DNA of 64,000 bases from an uncultured Bacillota bacterium. Lineage in GTDB: Bacteria; Sysuimicrobiota; Sysuimicrobiia; Sysuimicrobiales; Segetimicrobiaceae. The DNA lies in contig CAWDRG010000005.1 of assembly GCA_963804645.1 (NCBI GenBank), positions 128,001-192,000 on the forward strand, given 5' to 3'. Positions within the stretch are counted from its first letter, which is position 1. Each line of letters starts with the position of its first letter. Of this stretch, positions 49,338 to 57,368 are shown one piece after another. A model generated the notes under the pieces. The model was not told where the DNA came from. It saw only the letters and a program-made list of their open reading frames with translations, and searched no databases. The position numbers and the translations under genes are program-made.

Positions 49338-49898
49338 GTGCTGACGCAGACACGACACACCGTACATCCCAGAACATCGGAGACCGGCCACGTGTTGCTG
49401 GAGGTCGTTGTCGCGATCCTCATCATGGGGATCATGGCGACCACGATGATGCCGGCGCTGGCGGGCTATGAGTCGAACAGCGTCCTGCGTACGTCGGCCG
49501 CGGACGCGATCTACCAGTTTCGTCGGGCCGAGATGATGGCGCTGACCGAAGGGCAGACGATCCAGGTGCTCTTTGAGCCGACCGACGCGTATCAGGGCGC
49601 CGGGTGGACGGGGCCGGGGTGGGAGATCTGCCCGGGCATCTGCGGCAATGCGGGCGTCCCGGTGCTGATAAAGACGGTGCTGCCGCCGTCCATCAACGTG
49701 ACCGCCGCATGCTATCGCCAGCGCTTCTATGCGGCGGGCTACGTGAACTGGTGCGGCTCGGAACCCGCGGTCATCAACATCGTGTGCATGGATAACCAAG
49801 CGACGCCGACGCCGACCGCGATCGAGATCAGACTGACGCTGGCGACCGGCGAGATGCAGGTCCGTCCGATGAAGGGGAGCTGTAACGGCCTCTCGTAA
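49338..49898 (+). CDS. Type IV prepilin-like protein (FimT/GspH-like minor pilin)
   Basis: GGGGAG RBS; class III signal ETG|HVLLEVVVAILIMGIMA with Glu at +5; FRRAEMMALTEG helix typical of GspH/FimT; six Cys in the globular domain. Confidence 0.7.
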   Translation: MLTQTRHTVHPRTSETGHVLLEVVVAILIMGIMATTMMPALAGYESNSVLRTSAADAIYQFRRAEMMALTEGQTIQVLFEPTDAYQGAGWTGPGWEICPGICGNAGVPVLIKTVLPPSINVTAACYRQRFYAAGYVNWCGSEPAVINIVCMDNQATPTPTAIEIRLTLATGEMQVRPMKGSCNGLS

Positions 49899-49964
49899 CC
49901 AGGACGGCCCCGGCCGGTTCGCGGTCGTCCGTCACCGTCTGAACGGGTACGCTCGCATCTCACC

Positions 49965-49995
49965 GCGGCATCGTCCCCCCTGGGGGCGATGTCGC
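49965..49995 (+). terminator. 14-bp hairpin between convergent pilin and GT-C genes
   Basis: GCGGCATCGTCCCC-cct-GGGGGCGATGTCGC pairs fully when G-U is allowed; no strong U tract. Confidence 0.45.
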
Positions 49996-50018
49996 GTCGT
50001 TTGCCGCAGCCGGCGCCG

Positions 50019-51746
50019 TCACCCCGGATTGCGCACGATCAGCACCGGCGGATCAACCAGATCGAACGTGTCCGGGGGCCAGGTGGCGACGTCGTCGTAG
50101 CTCGGCAGGTAGGACGGCGACGGCGCCCGGAACACGACGTCCTGCGTGCGCAGCACGCTCCGCGCGTCGACGACGGCGAACGTGACGTGCCGCGCGCGAT
50201 ACCACGCCCCATCGTCGCCGCGCGCCGCGTAGACCACCGTGACCGGCAGTCGGTTGAGATCGGGGACAAACCAGCGGAGCTCCGCCTCGAACGCGACGGT
50301 GGACCCCGGCGGCGCGTGCTCCCGCAGCCAATCCACCGCGAGCGAGCGGGTGTCCCGGTCGCCCGCGAGCGCCCGCGCGAGCCCGATCGAATCCCGCATC
50401 GGCCCAACCAGGAGCAGCAGCACCCCGGCCGCGGCGAGCGCCCACATCGCGATCGCGGGGATCGCGGGCCGCACCATCCCGAGACGCCGCCAGAGCCACA
50501 CGGCGCCGACCGCCGCCGACAGCGCCATGAACGGAAGCACGGGCATGATGTAGCGCAGCGGCAGGAAGCGCTGACCGGTCGTGTACACAAAGTACACCAG
50601 GGGAAAGCTCAGGAGATAGCACTGCTCCTTCGGCTTCCAGAGCAGTCCCACGACCGCCCCGAAGACCGCCGCGATGGTCGGGGCCAGCCCGATCGCCACG
50701 TGCGGGATCACGTACCACTCCTGACCCTGAGCGGGGTGGACGAGATAGCCGAGGTACAGAGGCAGGCCGACGCGCCACATCGCGAGCGTGGGAAACCCGC
50801 CGTACACCGCGGCGTTCTGGCCCATCCGCTGGAGAAAGTAGCCCACCTGCGCGAGCGCGTACGGAGTGCCGATCGCGAAGCCCAGGAGCGTGAACAGCAG
50901 CAGCCGCACCGCGCGGCGGTCGATCACCCCGTCGCGGTCAGGATTGTACAGGTGCGCCAGGAACAGCGGCACCGCGAGCCAGAACGCGTTGGGCTTCGTC
51001 GAGATGGCCAGCCCGGCCAGCAGGCCGGCCCGCGAATAGGCTCGGCGGTCACCGCGCCGCCAGATGTTGACGCCGGCGAGGATCGCGAGCATCACAAAGA
51101 ACAGCATCGGCACGTCCACGCGCACGGTATCGGCATAGTAGATCGTCCCCGGCGTCACCGCCAACATCGCCGCCGCGAGCAGCCCCACCGCGGGCTCAAA
51201 CAGGACGGTCCCGATGCGGTACACGACAAACAGGGTGGCGGCCCCAAAGCACGCCGTGAGCACGCGCCCCCAGAGATAGAACGACGGCGCGCTGATGTAC
51301 CACCAGTAGCGGGCGTAGGCGGCGTGCGGGTGAAACAACTGCAGCGCCCACGGCGACGGGAGCGTGCCGCGAAGATGGAGATACCAGTACCGAGCATAGA
51401 CCACCGGGAGCAACGCGTAGTAGTAGACGCTCGGATAGGCGAACGTGGACGGATTGATGTCGCCGCGCTGGAGCATGCCGATCACCCACGTCAGCACCAG
51501 CGGCTCGTCCCACTCGTGGATATAGGGGAGCCCCCGCCCCACTCCCCACAGGCGGATCGCCAGCCCGCCGGCGAGGATGAGGCCGAGGACGGCGGCGGCC
51601 GCGAGCGACCAGCCCCGCGCGCCGCGCGTCGCCTCGGTGTGACCTCCTGCGTCCTGTCTCAACCGCACCGTGTCCGTCGTCGTGATGGTGGTGTGCAGGG
51701 ATTCGAGCCCGTCGGGCGGGCGCCCTGGGACGTCGGGGAGCCGCAT
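50019..51746 (-). CDS. Lipid-carrier-dependent glycosyltransferase (GT39/PMT-ArnT-like GT-C); start uncertain
   Basis: AIRLWGVGRGLPYIHEWDE loop, FAYPS, GRVLTA, GLAISTKPN, RYIMPVLP, DTRSLAVDWL. Confidence 0.8.
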   Translation of the reverse strand: MRLPDVPGRPPDGLESLHTTITTTDTVRLRQDAGGHTEATRGARGWSLAAAAVLGLILAGGLAIRLWGVGRGLPYIHEWDEPLVLTWVIGMLQRGDINPSTFAYPSVYYYALLPVVYARYWYLHLRGTLPSPWALQLFHPHAAYARYWWYISAPSFYLWGRVLTACFGAATLFVVYRIGTVLFEPAVGLLAAAMLAVTPGTIYYADTVRVDVPMLFFVMLAILAGVNIWRRGDRRAYSRAGLLAGLAISTKPNAFWLAVPLFLAHLYNPDRDGVIDRRAVRLLLFTLLGFAIGTPYALAQVGYFLQRMGQNAAVYGGFPTLAMWRVGLPLYLGYLVHPAQGQEWYVIPHVAIGLAPTIAAVFGAVVGLLWKPKEQCYLLSFPLVYFVYTTGQRFLPLRYIMPVLPFMALSAAVGAVWLWRRLGMVRPAIPAIAMWALAAAGVLLLLVGPMRDSIGLARALAGDRDTRSLAVDWLREHAPPGSTVAFEAELRWFVPDLNRLPVTVVYAARGDDGAWYRARHVTFAVVDARSVLRTQDVVFRAPSPSYLPSYDDVATWPPDTFDLVDPPVLIVRNPG

Positions 51747-51754
51747 GGTACAAT
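51746..51754 (+). promoter_or_regulatory. Extended -10 (TGgTACAAT) 6 nt before the moaD-moaE GTG
   Basis: TG-g-TACAAT-cgcctg-GTG; no SD. Confidence 0.6.
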
Positions 51755-51760
51755 CGCCTG

Positions 51761-52465
51761 GTGAAGATCACGGTTCGATTGTTCGCCTCGTACCGGGAAG
51801 CGGTCGGACACTCGGTCGTCGAGGTCCCGCTCGATCACGATGCCGACGGCCCGGCGATCTGGGCCGCGCTCGTCGCGCGCTACCCCCGGCTGGCTTCCCT
51901 CCCGGCTCCCTCCGGATACGCCGTGAACGACGAGTACACCCAGGCGCCCGGGCCGTTCCGGGAGTCGGACGAGGTCGCGCTGATCCCGCCGGTGAGCGGA
52001 GGAGAGGGACGCGTGCCGGCGACGCAAGCCCCCGTGGTCATGCTCACCGACGCCCCGATCTCCGTGGACGCGCTGCTCGGGGCGGTAGCGGACCCAAGCG
52101 CCGGAGCGGTCGTGCTGTTCCTCGGCGTCGTCCGCGACAACGCGCGCGGGCGGCGCGTCCAGCACCTGACCTACGAAGCCTACGACGTCCTCGCGCGCCG
52201 TGAGTTGGAGCGCATCGCGCACGAGGCCGCCGCGCGGTGGCCGATCACGCGCGTCGCGATCACGCACCGCACCGGACGGCTCGGCATCGGAGAGGCCAGC
52301 GTCGCGATCGCCGTCTCGGCCCCGCACCGTGACGCCGCGTTCGAGGCGGGGCGGTTCTGCATCGACTCGCTCAAGCTGACCGTGCCGATCTGGAAGAAAG
52401 AAATTTGGGACGGCGGAGCCGAGTGGATCGGCGCGGAGCCGCGCGCACGGGAGGGTCGCCAGTAA
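51761..52465 (+). CDS. Fused molybdopterin synthase MoaD-MoaE (MoaX-like)
   Basis: MKITVRLFASYRE...AVNDEY...DEVALIPPVSGG then GAVVLFLGVVRD, HRTGRL, VPIWKKE. Confidence 0.92.
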   Translation: MKITVRLFASYREAVGHSVVEVPLDHDADGPAIWAALVARYPRLASLPAPSGYAVNDEYTQAPGPFRESDEVALIPPVSGGEGRVPATQAPVVMLTDAPISVDALLGAVADPSAGAVVLFLGVVRDNARGRRVQHLTYEAYDVLARRELERIAHEAAARWPITRVAITHRTGRLGIGEASVAIAVSAPHRDAAFEAGRFCIDSLKLTVPIWKKEIWDGGAEWIGAEPRAREGRQ

Positions 52466-52753
52466 GACCCCTCCCTGGTCATGGCCACAGGGGTGAGGCA
52501 TTCGCTGGCCCGTTAGCCGGTGACACAATCATTGGCCTACGACACGTCGCGTGGGTAATGTCCTAACCATTAGCGCACTGCCGCTCGCGATGCTCGCTAT
52601 ACCGACGAGGAAGGACGGTCTGTTCGGTCCTCTTCCTACGTCCTCCGAGTCGCCTACGGCGACGTCCCACGAAAAACATCCCGGCGTACCATCACGTGTA
52701 AGACGATGGCGGACGTTCCACCCGCATCGCGGTTGGCAACCCGCGGGTGCTCT

Positions 52754-55700
52754 TCAGCCGCCGGTCGGCGCGTCGACCGCCCGCTCCAGGGCCAAGCGAT
52801 TGACCGCGGCGGCCTCGGTCGCGATGAACCGCTCCACGTCGCCGATCTCGGCATCGACGCGCGCCATGATCTCTTTCGAGACGGCCGCCGCCTGCTTCGT
52901 CGGCGCGGTATCGGAGAGAGACACGGTGTTGATCAGGTCCGTGAGGGTATCGTTGAGACCCGCGGGATTGCGCAGCACGTCGCGCTCCGACTCTCGATGA
53001 ACGTCCACCAGCACGGCTTCTGCCGCCGACAGCCGCTCCACCACGGCCGTGACCCGCTCGACAAAATCGCGTGCGCCGGTGTCCGATCCCGCGCCCAGCA
53101 CCGCAAATCGACGCTTCACCCGACGGATCTGATTGACCGTCGCATTGACCTTGCCGAGCGATGCCGTCAAGTCCCGCAACAGTTCGAACTGCTCGTGGTA
53201 CGCCTCCGGGGTCGTCGAGAGGCGCGGATCCTTGACGACCGAGAACTCGGCGGCCATCGTCTCCGAACCTAGCGTCATCTCCACACGGTATCGGCTCGGC
53301 ACGACCGTGGGTCCGCTCGGTCGGTCGGCCGGCTCCGACAGCGGCTTGTTGCGCGGCGGCGCAAGGCTGATATCGAGCGTCTCGGGCCCCGGATACTTGA
53401 GATCCCACACGAACCGATTGAGCCCGGCGCGCACCGACGGCCGCTTCGCGGCCGGCAGCGCCGTGTCGTCGCTGCGGAAGCTCGCGACCGCGGCTCCCGA
53501 GGCGTCACGGAACGTAAGCGAAACCGGGCCGGACACGCCGTCGTCGAGCCAGTAGTAGACGATCGCACCGTTCGGCGGATTCTCTCCGACATCGAGATAT
53601 TCGCGCCCGGTCGTCCCGTCCGGCCGGCGGAAGGTTCGGATGCCGCCGCCTATTCCGGAGGCAACCGCGAACGCGACGCCGCTCGGCCGGAGATTTCGCA
53701 GGGCGCCGAAATGCAGCTTGGTGCGCACCGTCGTGCGCGGCTCAAAGAGGCGAGACCCCCCTTGGCCGTCGGCGAGGCTTCTGAGCGGCGTGAGATCGTC
53801 CACGATCCAGAAGGAGCGGCCGTGGGTTGCGGCCACCAGATCCGCGCCCTTGATCTTCAGATCGTAGACCGGCACGACCGGCAGGCCCCCGCCCATGCGC
53901 GTCCAGCTGCGCCCGTCATTCAGGCTAAAATACACGCCGCTCTCGGTGCCGACGAACAACAGTCCCTTGCGCACCGGGTCCGCACGCACGACGCGGGTGA
54001 TCTCGGTCTTCGGGAAATCGCCGTTGATCAATTCGAAACGCCGCCCGCCGTCGGTGCTGCGGAACAGGTACGGACGGTAATCTGCGAGTTTGTAGCGCGT
54101 CGCCGCGAGATAGACCGTGTCTGGGTCGTGCGGCGAGATCTCGACACACCCCACATATGCGAGCTCCGGCATGTCCGGCGGCGTGACGTTCTGCCAGCTC
54201 TTGCCACCGTCTCGCGTCACATGCACGAGCCCGTCATCGGTCGACGCCCAGAGCTCGTCCGGCCGGTGCGGCGATGGGGCGACCGACGCGCATGTCGCAT
54301 GCACCTCCGCCCCGGCGCTTTCATGCGTGATGTCGCCGCCGGAATGCCCCTGACGGCTCTTCTCGTTGAGGCTCAAGTCCGGTGAAATTTCCTCCCAGCT
54401 CATGCCCTCGTTGCGGCTGCGAAACACGTGGTTCCCGCCCGCGTAGAGGACGCCGCTGTCGTGCGGAGAGAAGACGATCGGGAACGTCCAGGCGAAGCGG
54501 TATCGCATGTCCTTGGGTGCGATGCCGGTTGATTCCTCGGGCCAGACATTGACCAGCTGGATCTGCCCGGTACGGTGATCGTACCGCTGCAGCGCTCCGG
54601 CGCCGCCGGGACTCGAGCCAATCGCGCCGCAAAACACCACGCCCGGGTCCTCGGGTTTGACGGCGATAAAGCCGCTTTCTCCGGTGCCTGGGTAGGTGCA
54701 GTCGCCGAGGGTGATCGCGCCCCAGGCAGCCGCGCTCGGCACCGAGATCGAGGTGTTGTCCTGCTGCGTGCCGTAGACTCGGTACGGATACTGGTTGTCG
54801 ATGTCGATACGATAGAACTGCGCCGTCGGCTGATTGTAGATCGACGACCACGTCTCGCCGCCGTTGACGCTGACGCAGGCGCCGCCGTCGTTTCCCTCGA
54901 CCATCCGGTTCGGATCGGCAGGATCGATCCAGAGATCATGGTTGTCGCCGTGCGGCGTCGGGATCTCGGTGAAGCCGCTCCCGCCGTCGGTCGATTTCCA
55001 AAGCGCGAGATTGGCGACGTAGACCGTCTCGCCGTGGCAGGGGTCGGCGAAGACATGCGTGTAGTACCAGGGCCGATGCATGAGGTCGCGATTGGACGAG
55101 ACGAGCGCCCAGCTCTCGCCGTAATCCTCCGATCGGTACAGTCCCGTCTTCTCGGCTTCCGTCTCGACGAGCGCCCAGACGCGGCCCGCGCGGGCCGGCG
55201 ACACCGCAACGCCGATCTTGCCGAGGGCGCCCGCCGGCAGACCCGGATACCGTGAGATCTCCGTCCAGCTGTCGCCGCCATCCGTCGAGCGAAACAAGCC
55301 GCTTCCTGGCCCTCCGCTCGACAGGTTCCAGAAGTTCCGGCGCGTCTGCCAGAAGGCCGCAAACAGGATGCGGGGATTGTTCGGGTCCATCGACAGATCA
55401 ACGGCGCCCGAGTCGGCGTCTCGATAGAGCACCTTGCTCCAGGTCTTTCCGCCGTCCGCTGATCGGAATACCCCGCGTTCCTCGTTCGCGCCGAACGCAT
55501 CGCCGAGCGCGGCGACATAGACGAGATCGGGATCTTGTGGATGGATGCGGATGCGCCCTATAAACCGGGTCTCGCGGAGACCGAGGTGGCTCCAGGTGCG
55601 GCCGGCATCGGTCGACTTGTACACCCCGTCGCCATAGGAGACATCGAGCCGGATCGCGGTTTCCCCGGTGCCGGCATAAATCACGTTGGGATCCGACGGC

Positions 55701-55933
55701 GCGACGGCGAGCGCGCCAATCGCGGCCGAGCCGAGATAGCCGTCGCTCACGCAGCGCCAGTACGTGCCGCTGTCGGTCGTCTTCCAGACACCGCCGGCGC
55801 AGGCGCCGAAATAGAACACGTTGCGGTCTTCGGGATCACCCGCGACGGCGACAACGCGGCCGCCGCGCGGCGGCCCGATGCAGCGCCATTTGAGGGCGTC
55901 GAGTTTCACCGTCGAACCGGAGAGCTCTGCCAT
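52754..55933 (-). CDS. VPS10/sortilin-like BNR-repeat beta-propeller (glycosyl hydrolase-like)
   Basis: WRCIGPPRGGRV start, many SxDGGxTW Asp-boxes, C-terminal GLNRFVWDL and helical tail; no signal peptide. Confidence 0.88.
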   Translation of the reverse strand: MAELSGSTVKLDALKWRCIGPPRGGRVVAVAGDPEDRNVFYFGACAGGVWKTTDSGTYWRCVSDGYLGSAAIGALAVAPSDPNVIYAGTGETAIRLDVSYGDGVYKSTDAGRTWSHLGLRETRFIGRIRIHPQDPDLVYVAALGDAFGANEERGVFRSADGGKTWSKVLYRDADSGAVDLSMDPNNPRILFAAFWQTRRNFWNLSSGGPGSGLFRSTDGGDSWTEISRYPGLPAGALGKIGVAVSPARAGRVWALVETEAEKTGLYRSEDYGESWALVSSNRDLMHRPWYYTHVFADPCHGETVYVANLALWKSTDGGSGFTEIPTPHGDNHDLWIDPADPNRMVEGNDGGACVSVNGGETWSSIYNQPTAQFYRIDIDNQYPYRVYGTQQDNTSISVPSAAAWGAITLGDCTYPGTGESGFIAVKPEDPGVVFCGAIGSSPGGAGALQRYDHRTGQIQLVNVWPEESTGIAPKDMRYRFAWTFPIVFSPHDSGVLYAGGNHVFRSRNEGMSWEEISPDLSLNEKSRQGHSGGDITHESAGAEVHATCASVAPSPHRPDELWASTDDGLVHVTRDGGKSWQNVTPPDMPELAYVGCVEISPHDPDTVYLAATRYKLADYRPYLFRSTDGGRRFELINGDFPKTEITRVVRADPVRKGLLFVGTESGVYFSLNDGRSWTRMGGGLPVVPVYDLKIKGADLVAATHGRSFWIVDDLTPLRSLADGQGGSRLFEPRTTVRTKLHFGALRNLRPSGVAFAVASGIGGGIRTFRRPDGTTGREYLDVGENPPNGAIVYYWLDDGVSGPVSLTFRDASGAAVASFRSDDTALPAAKRPSVRAGLNRFVWDLKYPGPETLDISLAPPRNKPLSEPADRPSGPTVVPSRYRVEMTLGSETMAAEFSVVKDPRLSTTPEAYHEQFELLRDLTASLGKVNATVNQIRRVKRRFAVLGAGSDTGARDFVERVTAVVERLSAAEAVLVDVHRESERDVLRNPAGLNDTLTDLINTVSLSDTAPTKQAAAVSKEIMARVDAEIGDVERFIATEAAAVNRLALERAVDAPTGG

Positions 55934-56016
55934 GTCGCTTGTCCCCCAGCCACTCTAACAGCGGCTTGCCGCCTCTGCCACGGGGCTTGGCCCGGTTAAG
56001 GCGCGGAGCCGATGGA

Positions 56017-56271
56017 CTACGTGGACCGCTGGATTGCGGCGGCCGGTGCCCGGTTCCATTCGGCGCGGGCCGCCGACAGGAGCGCAACCGTCACGACGAA
56101 CAGCCCGCAGACGATCAGCCACTCGACGGCGCCGCTGTGCTGATCCGGATCCCAACCGACGGTGTTCTCTATCCAGTCCCGCCAAAAGATCGTGGCGAGG
56201 AACGAGAGCCCGGTTAGAGCGCCCATGCCCGTCTCGACCCAGAAGCGGAACGGCAAGCTCCTGTTCATCAT
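56017..56271 (-). CDS. Small two-TM membrane protein
   Basis: GGGGAGG RBS; two hydrophobic helices flanking WRDWIENTVGWDPDQHSGAVEW. Confidence 0.65.
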   Translation of the reverse strand: MMNRSLPFRFWVETGMGALTGLSFLATIFWRDWIENTVGWDPDQHSGAVEWLIVCGLFVVTVALLSAARAEWNRAPAAAIQRST

Positions 56272-56607
56272 AACCTCCCCGTCATGCGGTGATGTCGCGC
56301 GAGACATACTACACGCTGCATCCGCTCGACGCGCGACTTGCGTCTGCCGAGGAAAAGGTTCAGGGGCGGGTGAACCCGCTCCTGCCTCCGGCGGACCACC
56401 TCGAACGAACCGAGGCTTCCGGTGATATCTGTGTCGCTGCCGCCCGCGTTCCCGCTGTCTCGCGGGTCACCAATGTCGCGGTGCGAGTTCTCTGGGGACC
56501 GGTCCGGCGAAGGCCGACGCCGCAAGGGTGAACTGGCGCGCCGACGAGCGCGTATGCTACACTAAGCAGACGTCAGTGTGCGAGTCTGCCGCGGAGCGTT
56601 ACATCCG

Positions 56608-57285
56608 ATGACCCAACTGGAACGTTCTACCCGCACTACCGCTGTGCTGGCCGCCCTCGTGCTGCTCGCCAGCCTGCTCGCCGGGCCGCTCGTCCGGGCC
56701 GGCGCGGCGCCTGCCGGATCCTCATGGAAGGCGCTGATCCCGCCGCTCAAGGCCCAGATCACGGCCCACCCGGATCCCGAACTCGAGTTCAGGCTGGCCA
56801 TGGTCTATGCGCACGAGGGCATGCTGATCGACGGCTGGCACATCCTCAAGCAGATCGATCAGGCGATCGGCGGACAGAGCCATCATCAGGAGCTGGAGCA
56901 GCGGATCACCGCGGACGCCTCGGCGGCGATTCAGCGCGATCCGCACGATCTGGTCGATCGATACGAGCTGGCGTTTGCCACGTGGGTCGGCGGCAACACC
57001 ACGACGCCGTTTCAGCAGTTTCTCGAGATCACGCGGCAGGACCCGATGAACGCGATGAACCACGGGTATCTCGGATACATCTACTCGACGCACAACGATG
57101 CGAAGAACACGATCGCGCAGTGGGAAGAGAGCGTGCGGCTGGACCCGAGCAACAGCGTGCTCCACTACATGCTCGGCTCCGCGTATTACCGGACGGGCCG
57201 GACGCGCGATGCGGCGATCCAGTTCAACCTCGCCTACCGCGACCGCACCCTCTACAACTACATCACGCGCGGCGAAGAACCGTAG
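56608..57285 (+). CDS. Secreted tetratricopeptide-repeat protein
   Basis: Signal peptide ending LVRA; DPMNAMNHGYLGYIY and DPSNSVLHYMLGSAY TPR helices. Confidence 0.8.
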   Translation: MTQLERSTRTTAVLAALVLLASLLAGPLVRAGAAPAGSSWKALIPPLKAQITAHPDPELEFRLAMVYAHEGMLIDGWHILKQIDQAIGGQSHHQELEQRITADASAAIQRDPHDLVDRYELAFATWVGGNTTTPFQQFLEITRQDPMNAMNHGYLGYIYSTHNDAKNTIAQWEESVRLDPSNSVLHYMLGSAYYRTGRTRDAAIQFNLAYRDRTLYNYITRGEEP

Positions 57286-57368
57286 AACCCCGCGCGGGAT
57301 CCGAGCAGCGGGCACACGAAGAGCGCGGCTGAGCTGACCGGTTCAGATCCGAGCCCGGCGCTGGCTCT

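Noticed and set aside
51684..51730. tRNA-like 3' end on the minus strand (GGGCTCGAATCCCTGCACACCACCA)
   Set aside because: T-stem pairs only 3 bp, spacing to CCA is one base short, and no D or anticodon arms are present; it lies in or next to the GT-C 5' region.
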